Shown in pieces: positions 29,140-38,241 of a stretch of 64,000 bases of DNA. Origin of the DNA: Promethearchaeia archaeon (GTDB taxonomy: Archaea > Asgardarchaeota > Lokiarchaeia > Sigyniarchaeales > SOKP01); the NCBI GenBank assembly GCA_046497275.1, contig JAWOFX010000088.1, forward strand, positions 64,670 through 128,669, in the 5' to 3' direction. A model generated the notes under the pieces. That model ran no database searches. It was not told where the DNA came from and saw nothing but the letters and a program-made list of their open reading frames with translations. Positions within the stretch are counted from its first letter, which is position 1; each line of letters begins with the position of its first letter. A program made the translations under genes and the position numbers.

Positions 29140-29652
29140 ATGAATTATAATAGGAGCGATTTATTGCTCGCAGATGCAACAATGAATCAATTGCGTAATG
29201 CAATATATCATTTAGCTCGATTTCTGAACAGAAATGGTGTTCAAAATCTAAAGGAACGATTGCGACAAATGGGTAGAAATATTTCAAAAACATATATGAA
29301 ATATTGGATGCCCGTAGATAACGTTAACTTTAATAATATTAGAGAGGTTATTGCTACGATATATAAGGAGGTATTGAAAACCTCTGTATCGGTTGAATTA
29401 AATGAAGTAGAACAATTGATCATTGTAAATGATTCCAATTGCCCTTTATGTAAATATGAATATGATGATGTTGATGTAGCGGGATGTGAAATTATCTTAG
29501 GGATGATTTCCGAATTTATTAATATGATTAATGCCAATTCCAGAGAAAAATCTCTCCTTCTTCTAGAACCGATTAGGGTTCAAGAATCCAAAGCTCTCGG
29601 AAATAATACTTGTGTACAAATTTTCAAATACAAAGCAGGAGGAGTTCAATAA
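29140..29652 (+). CDS. V4R-domain protein (Bet3/TRAPP-related fold)
   Basis: 170 aa with NCPLC ... GCEIILGMISEFINM ... NNTCVQIF, the cysteine pattern of V4R domains. Confidence 0.6.
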   Translation: MNYNRSDLLLADATMNQLRNAIYHLARFLNRNGVQNLKERLRQMGRNISKTYMKYWMPVDNVNFNNIREVIATIYKEVLKTSVSVELNEVEQLIIVNDSNCPLCKYEYDDVDVAGCEIILGMISEFINMINANSREKSLLLLEPIRVQESKALGNNTCVQIFKYKAGGVQ

Positions 29653-31115
29653 TGGGTGCTGTAAAATGGTTAATGAAGAAAATCACGAAAGTATTCGGAA
29701 CAAACACAAGTTCTCTCTTTTATTCCTTGCTTTATAGGGAAATGCTTAAAGAAATAAATAATATTACTCATGATGAAGAATTATCCTTATTGGTTATGAG
29801 AGAGATTGGGAAAAAATCTGCAACGGAATCTTGTGAACGACATTCATCAATATTTAAATTTATGCCCGGAACACCTGAGAAAGTATTAGATTATTTCGAG
29901 ATACTTTGGGTAGTTGTCTTTGGAAAAGAATTAGAAAATCTCTCTTATGAGAAAATCCCTAAAGAGAATTCTCAATATAGTGATTATAAATTAAAAATTC
30001 AAAACTGTCCAATTTGCGCGAGTTATGGTACTGCTCCAGAAGATACGTTTGATGTATCTAAATTGAGTCCGGAATCTGAAGGAATGGCATGTGGCTTATG
30101 CGGAATGCTTCAGAGTGTTGCAAATTTCATTCTAAGAGTAAAACAAAATGATTATAGAATTAGAATGATTGAGCAAAAATGCATGGCTAAAGGTGATGAA
30201 TGTCTTCAATTACTCTGTGAAGTTTATGATTATACAGAATGGCAAGAATTTAAAGCCACGCAAAAAAAGGAGCAATTATTATCCAAAGTATATTTAGAAG
30301 AAGAAGAGGAGGAATTTCTTCCTAAATCCAAATTAGATCTTGTTGATAAACTACAAGATGCCTTTTCATTAGATAAATTAGAGGAAATAATTGATGAGCC
30401 CTTGGAATCGATTAAATCTAGAGTTGCAGAAATAATTCGCGATAAATTGGGAATGGAACCCGAACATTTTTTCGATTATTTCCGAAATTATGAAGATGAC
30501 ATGATACGTATCATTGGGTTTCTCTTTATCCATTTGTTAAATGAATATGGTCGTTTAGTAGAAAAACTTTTAGAAAATGAAACAATCGCAAAAGCTATTG
30601 GATATTTGTTTAAACAATTGAAAGAGATGATTCTTCTTTTCATCCCATTGGATGTCGTTAACGATTATCATACGTTATTAATTGATTTCTTGGATGGCTT
30701 AGCACCTACAGAAATGGTTGAAAATATTAAAGAATTTTCTGGAAAAGATGATCTAAATTATCTTTTTGAAGGGGCGAGAATGGCATTAGAGGATCTAGGT
30801 ATAGATTTTTCCGAATTGAAAGAAAATGTGTGGGAAGAACTTAAAAAGGAGCGTGAAGACGGTCTAATTTCAGCAGATCCTTCTATGATGGATAAAACTC
30901 AAGAAAGAGTCCCGAAAATAATTCGAATTATACAAGAATTAGTTATGCTTCTCACTGAGATTTTAACATTGCCCATACGAGTTGCCATTTCAGAAGGACA
31001 TTATGGAATAAAAACCGCAGTAAATTCGGTAGTTTCAGAAGAGGAAGGTTTAGCGGGCTCCATTAGAAATAGATTTGATAAGATTTTTGACGAAATCCAA
31101 GAATTAAGACAATAA
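29652..31115 (+). CDS. V4R-domain protein with acidic linker and ~270-aa helical C-terminal extension
   Basis: NCPICASYG ... MACGLCGMLQSVANFIL ... EQKCMAKGDECLQLLCEV matches the V4R signature, followed by an EEEEEE linker and a long helical tail. The ATG at 29652 overlaps the upstream stop (TAATG) and is preceded by GGAGG. Confidence 0.65.
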   Translation: MGAVKWLMKKITKVFGTNTSSLFYSLLYREMLKEINNITHDEELSLLVMREIGKKSATESCERHSSIFKFMPGTPEKVLDYFEILWVVVFGKELENLSYEKIPKENSQYSDYKLKIQNCPICASYGTAPEDTFDVSKLSPESEGMACGLCGMLQSVANFILRVKQNDYRIRMIEQKCMAKGDECLQLLCEVYDYTEWQEFKATQKKEQLLSKVYLEEEEEEFLPKSKLDLVDKLQDAFSLDKLEEIIDEPLESIKSRVAEIIRDKLGMEPEHFFDYFRNYEDDMIRIIGFLFIHLLNEYGRLVEKLLENETIAKAIGYLFKQLKEMILLFIPLDVVNDYHTLLIDFLDGLAPTEMVENIKEFSGKDDLNYLFEGARMALEDLGIDFSELKENVWEELKKEREDGLISADPSMMDKTQERVPKIIRIIQELVMLLTEILTLPIRVAISEGHYGIKTAVNSVVSEEEGLAGSIRNRFDKIFDEIQELRQ

Positions 31116-31213
31116 ATTCTGAAATATAATAATCTTTTTCTATTCTTTTTAATTTGAATTAATTTATTCTCTCCAAAGTAAAATATATTAAAAAAAAGAA
31201 TAAAATAATTATT

Positions 31214-31930
31214 TTATGTTCTTAGGCCAAGGAACATCCATAAACTAAAAGTCGCCATTACTAAACGAACAAATCCAATAGCTATTCCAGGATCCAATAT
31301 TGAGTCTAATGCTCCACATATAACAAAAACTAAAAAGGCGATTGAAAGATAAGTAAACTTTCTTCGTAATTCTCCTGTCGCTTGTTTGGCTTTAATTGCA
31401 AACCCTACTCCTTCGAATATTAATACTGTAATCAAAAAAATTGCAACAAGCCAAAATGTTGGGCTAGTTAAATTAAAACTTGAATTTAATAAATCTCCAG
31501 GTCCTAATGGATCAAATTCAAATGTTCCTAATAAAGGTTCAGTGGTAACGCTTGGAAAAAGATACATAAACGCAACGAATACAATCCCCAAAAAACCATA
31601 GATTACAACAATTATTGTTTTCTTCTTCGGAGCGAGAAGTTCGGAACCAAGATACATTGCAATCACTATGGCGGGAGCAACCCATGTATAGCTCAACCAC
31701 CCATAATAGATTTCTGGTTGGATATGACTTTCCAAAAATAAAGCAAATATATATTCAACAAACGGTCCAAGCCAAAATAGCCCGATAAAGATCATCATAG
31801 CTCCCGCATAATATAATAATTTCGCTCCCATTTTTCGGGCATTGATAAATGATAATAAACCGAAAATAACGGAAGTTAAAATGATAATCGATGCTGTTAT
31901 CCCGTCTAAATGACCAATTAAATTTACCAT
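31214..31930 (-). CDS. Hypothetical seven-helix membrane protein
   Basis: 238 aa with about seven hydrophobic helices. No retinal-Lys or other motif recognised. Confidence 0.5.
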   Translation of the reverse strand: MVNLIGHLDGITASIIILTSVIFGLLSFINARKMGAKLLYYAGAMMIFIGLFWLGPFVEYIFALFLESHIQPEIYYGWLSYTWVAPAIVIAMYLGSELLAPKKKTIIVVIYGFLGIVFVAFMYLFPSVTTEPLLGTFEFDPLGPGDLLNSSFNLTSPTFWLVAIFLITVLIFEGVGFAIKAKQATGELRRKFTYLSIAFLVFVICGALDSILDPGIAIGFVRLVMATFSLWMFLGLRT

Positions 31931-31970
31931 ATTTGATTCACTTAAAATTTAGTTAATTTTTATTTTATTT

Positions 31971-31980
31971 CCTAATTAGG
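31971..31980. promoter_or_regulatory. Perfect 10-bp palindrome CCTAATTAGG in a divergent intergenic region
   Basis: Read directly from the sequence. It lies 41 bp upstream of the 7-TM gene start. Related CTAAT-containing inverted repeats occur at 32079..32095 and 32104..32118. Confidence 0.3.
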
Positions 31981-32078
31981 GAATTTAATATTGCAATTAT
32001 TGTTGACAATATATATAATAATTTGTGTGATATTCAAATATATAAAATTAAGGAAAAAAGAAAATTTAAGGCATATTT

Positions 32079-32102
32079 GGAGATTCCTAATCTCCTTTTT
32101 TT
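32079..32102 (+). terminator. Hairpin plus T7 tract (terminator/attenuator-like) in the acylase leader region
   Basis: GGAGATT-CCT-AATCTCC is a perfect 7-bp stem, followed immediately by TTTTTTT. It lies ~100 nt upstream of the acylase start codon. Confidence 0.35.
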
Positions 32103-32198
32103 AAATCTAATTTAGATTCATAATCTTTATTTTTAAATAGTTTGAGATCATAACTATTATTTAATCAAATAATTTAAACCAAAAAAAGCAAAATCACT

Positions 32199-34775
32199 AT
32201 GAGAAACGATTCTCAGAATATTAAAAAAAATACAATAGCGTTTTCTAGTGCGCTAATAGTTACAATTTTATGCTTGGTAATTTTTTCGATGCCCTTACTT
32301 GGATTCTCTTTAGGAAATCTTTTATTTCCTGGGAATGGTCTTTGGACTGTGCCTGGAGAACCAGAGAGTCAACTTATCTATATAGATGGTATGGATGATG
32401 AAGTTACGATTATTCGAGACGAATGGGGTATCCCTCATATTTATGCTACAACTGATAATGATTTATTTTTTGCCCAGGGATATCTCCATGCTCAAGACAG
32501 ATATTTCCAGATGGATTTGATTCGTCGCCAAGTGCGCGGTCAATTATCAGAAATATTAGGAGAGGGTGCCCTAAATCAAGATAAGCTAATGCTTGCGATG
32601 GGAATGGAATATTGGGCAATAAAAACCGACCAAGAAATTAGAGCTAATTATTCTGAATTTTTACCTCCTTTTGAAAATTATGTTGAAGGTATTAATTATT
32701 ATTTAGAAACTCATAAAGATCAAAAACCGGTAGAATACCAGTTACTTGGGTTTGAGCCTAAACCCTGGACAAGCATCGATACTTTATGTCTCGTGCAAGA
32801 AATGGCACGTCAATTATCTTGGAATTATAATGACCTTTATCGGTACTCAAATTGGGCAGGATTAGGAAGAGATAAGTATCTTGAATTATTTAATCCTTTT
32901 CAACCTTATCAAATTCCAATTGTCCCTAATTATTCCAGTTATGAAACAACTCCTAAATTCTCTTCAAGTGGTTCACTAGCGCCCTCATCATTAAAATTGT
33001 CCGTAGATCATCTGATTAGTGGAATAGAAAGTATTGATTCTGAAAAGAAATTGATAGAGTCGCGAGAAATTACAGGTTCGAATAATTGGGTAATAGACGG
33101 CTCTAAATCAAATACAGGTAAACCCATTTTATGCAATGATATGCATCTTTCTTGGATTCTACCTGGAGTGTGGACAGAACAACATTTAGTTTCTGAAGAG
33201 ACAGGTATTAATTCATACGGATTTGCTATTCCTGGAATGCCATTAGTAGCAGTAGGTCATAATGAACATTTGGCATGGGGATTTACAAATACGGGATATG
33301 ATGTTATGGATTGGTATTATTATAACGAGAAGAATAGTACGCACTATCTCTATGAAGGAGAATATGAGTCTTTTGAAACCAGAGATTATACCATAAAAGT
33401 TGCTGGTGAGGAAGATGTTCAATTTACCGTAAGAGAAACAAAAGAAGGACCTGTCTTGACTGATTTTTTGGGTAGTAGAATCCCTTCTAATTTAACCCAA
33501 CCAAATATAATTTTTGCGGCACAATGGATGGGGAATGACATTTTCTATAATCTTTTAGCAGGGGAAGGTTTTAATCGTGCAAAAAATAGAGATGAGTTTA
33601 ATGAAGCCTCCAAATACTGGAGCACTTTAGCTCAAAATATTGTATATGCTGATGTAGATGGAAATATTGCGATACGTCCAACAGGCAGAGTTCCAATTAG
33701 AGATGATTCAAAGATTCCCTCATGGCATTTAGGAAATGGAACACTTCCTTATAATGGTTCTAATGGAGAAGGAAAATGGGTTGATGAAATACCCTTTGAT
33801 CAATTACCTAATAGCTTAAATCCGACGCAAGGATATTTGGCTTCGGCAAATCAAATCGCAGTTGGTCCAGAATATAATTTTAGTAAGTATTTCCTACAAA
33901 ACGAATATGCAAATGGATATAGAGCTCGGAGAATAAATGAGTTGCTAAATACAACTAATAATATCTCAGTAGAGAAAATGATGGAAATTCAATTGGATGT
34001 GAATTCCTCAGCAGCAAAAGCATTTATACCCACTTTAATTGAGGTGATTGAATACACTTATGGGGATACTATTCCGGAGGATCTTGATCAAGCTTTTACT
34101 ATTTTAAAAGACTGGAGATATATAATGGATAAAGACGAAGCTGCTCCAACGATCTATCGAAAATGGCGGGATTATTTTTATGCTTACACGTTCAATGATG
34201 ATATTAGTCATAACAACTTAAGTCGTGGACCTATGCTTGTTATGTTAGAATATTTAATGAATAACAAAACATCCCATTGGTTTAATGATACCTCTACTGG
34301 TACCCCAATATCACAAACTCGAAATCAAACGATGTTATTAGCTTTTAATGATACAATCGATTGGCTGGAAAATTTTTATGGCACTTCAGATGCATCACAA
34401 TGGAAATGGGGAGATATCCATAAATTATATTTTGAACATCTCTCTGGTCTATCCTTACTCAGTAAAGGACCATTTCCTGGTGATGGAGAAGGCTACACAG
34501 TAAATCCTGCGGGAGTTAGTATTCATAATGGTGTCGGTTTAGCTAGAGGGGGAGCATCAGAACGCATGATTGTTGATTTCAGCGATTTAGGAAATTCTAA
34601 GAGCGTCATACCATCGGGCCAATCAGGACATCCGCATCTTAAACATTATTCAGATCAACTTACAGAGTTATTCTTAAAAGGAAAATATCATTCTCAATAT
34701 TTCTATTACACACCAGCAAATTTTCCATCTATTGAAACAAGATTAATCTTTAGACCGGCGGGAGGTGTGTTCTAA
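32199..34775 (+). CDS. Penicillin/cephalosporin/AHL acylase family Ntn-hydrolase
   Basis: N-terminal TM/signal. DEWGIPHIYA..FFAQGYLHAQDRYFQMD (alpha subunit). GSNNWVIDG with the Ntn nucleophile Ser (beta subunit start). 858 aa. Confidence 0.85.
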   Translation: MRNDSQNIKKNTIAFSSALIVTILCLVIFSMPLLGFSLGNLLFPGNGLWTVPGEPESQLIYIDGMDDEVTIIRDEWGIPHIYATTDNDLFFAQGYLHAQDRYFQMDLIRRQVRGQLSEILGEGALNQDKLMLAMGMEYWAIKTDQEIRANYSEFLPPFENYVEGINYYLETHKDQKPVEYQLLGFEPKPWTSIDTLCLVQEMARQLSWNYNDLYRYSNWAGLGRDKYLELFNPFQPYQIPIVPNYSSYETTPKFSSSGSLAPSSLKLSVDHLISGIESIDSEKKLIESREITGSNNWVIDGSKSNTGKPILCNDMHLSWILPGVWTEQHLVSEETGINSYGFAIPGMPLVAVGHNEHLAWGFTNTGYDVMDWYYYNEKNSTHYLYEGEYESFETRDYTIKVAGEEDVQFTVRETKEGPVLTDFLGSRIPSNLTQPNIIFAAQWMGNDIFYNLLAGEGFNRAKNRDEFNEASKYWSTLAQNIVYADVDGNIAIRPTGRVPIRDDSKIPSWHLGNGTLPYNGSNGEGKWVDEIPFDQLPNSLNPTQGYLASANQIAVGPEYNFSKYFLQNEYANGYRARRINELLNTTNNISVEKMMEIQLDVNSSAAKAFIPTLIEVIEYTYGDTIPEDLDQAFTILKDWRYIMDKDEAAPTIYRKWRDYFYAYTFNDDISHNNLSRGPMLVMLEYLMNNKTSHWFNDTSTGTPISQTRNQTMLLAFNDTIDWLENFYGTSDASQWKWGDIHKLYFEHLSGLSLLSKGPFPGDGEGYTVNPAGVSIHNGVGLARGGASERMIVDFSDLGNSKSVIPSGQSGHPHLKHYSDQLTELFLKGKYHSQYFYYTPANFPSIETRLIFRPAGGVF

Positions 34776-34776
34776 T

Positions 34777-35175
34777 ATGGACCAAGATAAAAGAAATTTA
34801 ATAATTGGCACTTTGGTGACTCTGGGTCTTTCATCTCTTTTATCTCTGATTCCCGTATGGCAACTAATTTTTCTTGCAGGTCTAGTGGGAGGTTTTATAA
34901 ATAGAAAAATACTTTATGGTGCTTTAAGTGGTGCTATTGGAGGAGGGATCTTTTGGATTCTTTATATTATAGATGGTGTATTTTATAAAGGACTCTACAA
35001 TCTTTTCGATATATTTGGTGCTTTGATCATTGGTTCTGGAATGGGATGGATTATTTTACTATTAATTATTTTACTAGGATTTATGTTTGGATTTTTAGGA
35101 GGCTCACTCGGAAGCAGCGGAGGAAATTTGTTTTTATATTATTATAATAAACAATCATCCTCAGAAAGAAAATAA
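34777..35175 (+). CDS. Small Gly-rich membrane protein coupled to the acylase gene
   Basis: The ATG lies 1 nt after the acylase stop, with GGAGGTG ~10 nt upstream. Four hydrophobic helices. The track ORF begins at a GTG at 34765. Confidence 0.5.
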   Translation: MDQDKRNLIIGTLVTLGLSSLLSLIPVWQLIFLAGLVGGFINRKILYGALSGAIGGGIFWILYIIDGVFYKGLYNLFDIFGALIIGSGMGWIILLLIILLGFMFGFLGGSLGSSGGNLFLYYYNKQSSSERK

Positions 35176-35268
35176 GAGGCTTTTTGTTCTCTAAAGAAAA
35201 TTTAAAATTCATTTTTTTCTTTTTTTAATTTTTTGGTATAATCTGACTAAATAAAAGACTTAGAACAT

Positions 35269-37434
35269 TTATTTTAGTTTATTATTTTCATAGATCTCAT
35301 AAAACCAATCCACAATATATTGATAGAAAAATCTTTCTCGGAGAACGTCATAATGCGATTTTTCTCTAAGACTTGTAAGCTTTGCAATATCCTCTGATTT
35401 GATTTTCGATTGTTTAATTAAATTCATACGTGCTTTAAATTGATCGACCATATCTATCGGCCTTAGTATAATTGAAATCGCTTCTGAAATTGTATCAATT
35501 ATATCATTTAAGTTATCAATACCTAGTGATTTTTCTCGATTCGATTTTAATAAATAAGATTGAATTTTTTCTATGAGAGGATCTTTTCTTTCATAGTTAA
35601 TTAACTCTCTGTTTTTAATTAGATTGTCTAAAAACTTTATAATATCATTAATCACGACTATATCGATATTTAAATTCTCTAATTGTGTTTTCAACTTTAT
35701 TAGAAATTGTCTCTTTAGAAATTGTTTATATTTAATTATAATTGCCTCATTCTCTCTGATATCTGAGCAAACCTCAACTAATTCGCCTTTCGGTGTCGCA
35801 TAAGTGAATCCATGACCTTGCGGCCCTAAACCACCTAATAATACCATTGATAAGCTATGAAATTTATAAGAATCTGTTGATAATATCTCTTGTTCGTTAT
35901 CAAGAATATTCTTAGGGGAAACTAAATGCTTCTTAACTTCTCTCTCTTCTCGTTCTTGCAAAGTTCCATAATAATTTATACGATATCTATACAAAATATT
36001 AAATTCTAAAAAACCATCTTCCTTTAGCTCTTCTCTTCGGCTATTTTTATAATGTTTTTTAAATTCTTTGAGAAAATGTAGGGTTGACCCTAAATTCTTA
36101 ACACTCAATCCATAGATAGAGTATGCATTAAAGAAAGAATTTTTAATATAATAGATAAGTTGATCAATATTACTATAAAATGAATAAGCATTAGGATAAT
36201 TTACAAAATATTCATAAAGATTCCTTGGAAGAACTTTATATACAAAATAAATTAGAAAATCATTTACAGGACCAAAAAGATCTTTTAAATTGGCTAAAAA
36301 TAGTTTATCTTTCTTTATTTTTTTTATTTTTTTTAACTTTTGCTCATTAAGTTCTCTAGTTAATAAATTATATTTATTACAAAATCTTATGGTATCTATC
36401 ACTTTTCCTAGACTGGACGTTTGATATCCGACGGTCACATCTTGAATACAATTGATTATAAGTTGTGAAATAATTTTAAATCGATTTGGAATCTTTTCTA
36501 CTTCAATAAATATATCAAATTTATCCGAATTTTTAATTAGTTGCTTAAACTTATCAAAATGACCCGCTTCTAGATCTTTTGCTAATCCTTTGTAAAAATT
36601 TTCCTCAATTTTCTTTTTATTTTCTGCTTTTAAAAGAATCCGAGATAAATTAATCTCTCCCTCATCTTCAATTATATGATCTATTGTATATTTTATTTTC
36701 TGAAATTCTCCAGATTTTAGAGATTCTATTATTGTTTCAATAATTAATTCTTGAATATCGTTAGTATTTTTTTTTAATTTGTGATGAGAAATTTCATTTT
36801 TCTCTATAAATTTATAGAAGAAAATTAAGTATTTTAAATTTCCAATTCCTAAAAAATAATCAAATGAATCTCTGAATAATTTAGTCATAAAGGTTAAAAT
36901 TCTTTCCTTATTACTTCCCTTTTCAAATGATTTGTCTTCCTTATATTTCTCAATCCAATCTCTTAAATAAATTATAAAAAGAGGTAAATTATCTGTATTA
37001 TAAAAAATCTGAACATTTTTCTGACATCTTCTACAGAAATAAATCATTCTATTTTCATTGAATGCATAAGAACCCTCAGATATATCCTCTGAATGACATT
37101 CAGTACATAATTTTTCAAATAATAATTTTTCGATTAATTCTTCTAAAAATTCAATTTTAAGATTCTTGATAACTTCAAAATCAATAATCTCATTCTCTAT
37201 TAAAACCCAGAGATAAGATCCAAACTCTAAAAAAATAGGTTTGAAGAAACGAATTTTATCAGAATTATCTAACTTTTTATATTCTTGAGTTATATTATAG
37301 ATTTTCTCAGCGAGCTTTATTTCTTTAGTGGCGACTTTCTTTCTAATATCATTTAAATCCAGTTTGCCTTTTTTAATAATATTAAATATATCGTTTTTTA
37401 AATTGCCATAAAATTGCTCAGAGAGAATATGCAT
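35269..37434 (-). CDS. Hypothetical 721-aa helical protein with an internal zinc ribbon
   Basis: Long ORF 77 nt downstream of the Roadblock gene on the same strand. CTEC-x22-CRRC ribbon near aa 110-140. The rest is K/E/I/L-rich and predicted helical. No P-loop or other catalytic motif seen. Confidence 0.6.
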   Translation of the reverse strand: MHILSEQFYGNLKNDIFNIIKKGKLDLNDIRKKVATKEIKLAEKIYNITQEYKKLDNSDKIRFFKPIFLEFGSYLWVLIENEIIDFEVIKNLKIEFLEELIEKLLFEKLCTECHSEDISEGSYAFNENRMIYFCRRCQKNVQIFYNTDNLPLFIIYLRDWIEKYKEDKSFEKGSNKERILTFMTKLFRDSFDYFLGIGNLKYLIFFYKFIEKNEISHHKLKKNTNDIQELIIETIIESLKSGEFQKIKYTIDHIIEDEGEINLSRILLKAENKKKIEENFYKGLAKDLEAGHFDKFKQLIKNSDKFDIFIEVEKIPNRFKIISQLIINCIQDVTVGYQTSSLGKVIDTIRFCNKYNLLTRELNEQKLKKIKKIKKDKLFLANLKDLFGPVNDFLIYFVYKVLPRNLYEYFVNYPNAYSFYSNIDQLIYYIKNSFFNAYSIYGLSVKNLGSTLHFLKEFKKHYKNSRREELKEDGFLEFNILYRYRINYYGTLQEREEREVKKHLVSPKNILDNEQEILSTDSYKFHSLSMVLLGGLGPQGHGFTYATPKGELVEVCSDIRENEAIIIKYKQFLKRQFLIKLKTQLENLNIDIVVINDIIKFLDNLIKNRELINYERKDPLIEKIQSYLLKSNREKSLGIDNLNDIIDTISEAISIILRPIDMVDQFKARMNLIKQSKIKSEDIAKLTSLREKSHYDVLRERFFYQYIVDWFYEIYENNKLK

Positions 37435-37511
37435 AGCTCTACATTTTTATTAGAACAAGATAAGATTAATAAAATTATTTATAAAATAGTATAAGTGGTT
37501 TCAATTTAATT

Positions 37512-37883
37512 TTAATCTAATAACCCAGCAATCTTCTGTGAAACGCTCTGTATATTTAAGAAAACCATACCCAAACTCGATGCCTTCGACGCCAGAACAC
37601 AGAGTATCGCATTTTCGCCCGCACGAGAAAGTATTATAATTCCATCCAATCCCTCAATAAGAATTCTCTTTAAATCTCCTCTCGCTAACTCTTGAACAGC
37701 TCTCTCCGATACGCTAAGAATAGCAGCAGACATAGCACTAACAATACCATCATTCACATCTCCCGAAAGCGCAGAACAAATAGGTAACCCTTGGACAGAA
37801 ACAATCGCACTTCCTTGAATATCGGCATTGATTGCTTCCAAATTTCTCAGAATGTCTGTAAGCTCACTTATATTTTCTGACAT
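37512..37883 (-). CDS. Roadblock/LC7 (MglB-like) domain protein
   Basis: 123 aa. IQGSAIVSVQGLPICSAL ... IVSAMSAAILSVSERA ... IIILSRAGENAILCVLA fits the Robl/LC7 alpha-beta-alpha pattern. Confidence 0.8.
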   Translation of the reverse strand: MSENISELTDILRNLEAINADIQGSAIVSVQGLPICSALSGDVNDGIVSAMSAAILSVSERAVQELARGDLKRILIEGLDGIIILSRAGENAILCVLASKASSLGMVFLNIQSVSQKIAGLLD

Positions 37884-37906
37884 AATGGGGAAATAAGTAA
37901 TTAATA

Positions 37907-37952
37907 TATTGATTCTAATAAAGTAAGTAAAACAATATTAATATTGATTCTG
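37907..37952. repeat. Two exact 11-nt direct repeats (ATATTGATTCT) spaced 35 bp apart in a divergent promoter region
   Basis: Copies at 37907..37917 and 37942..37952, between the Roadblock gene (minus) and the MetAP gene (plus). Confidence 0.5.
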
Positions 37953-38241
37953 ACTAAATTCTTTTAAATTTTAATGTTTATGTATAGAATATTATTAATA
38001 ATAAATCTATATTAATTTTTTGCAAAAAACCATCAATGCATTTTTTAACGAATTTTAAATAATAATCCCCAAATTCTCTTTTTAAACAGATTGAAATACT
38101 TTTTTATAAAATGATAAATCCGCAAAATTATGTATGCATGAGTAATTCAAACTTTTTTTAGAAAAACTGATGGATTTAAAAAATATTATTATCCATTTTT
38201 CATTACCTAACCTAATGAATGAGACACGAAAAGAAAAAGAT

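Noticed and set aside
29610-29651. Upstream TTG extension of the second V4R gene (MCTNFQIQSRRSSI)
   Set aside because: It overlaps the end of the first V4R gene. The ATG at 29652, with GGAGG upstream and a TAATG stop-start overlap, is a far better initiation context.
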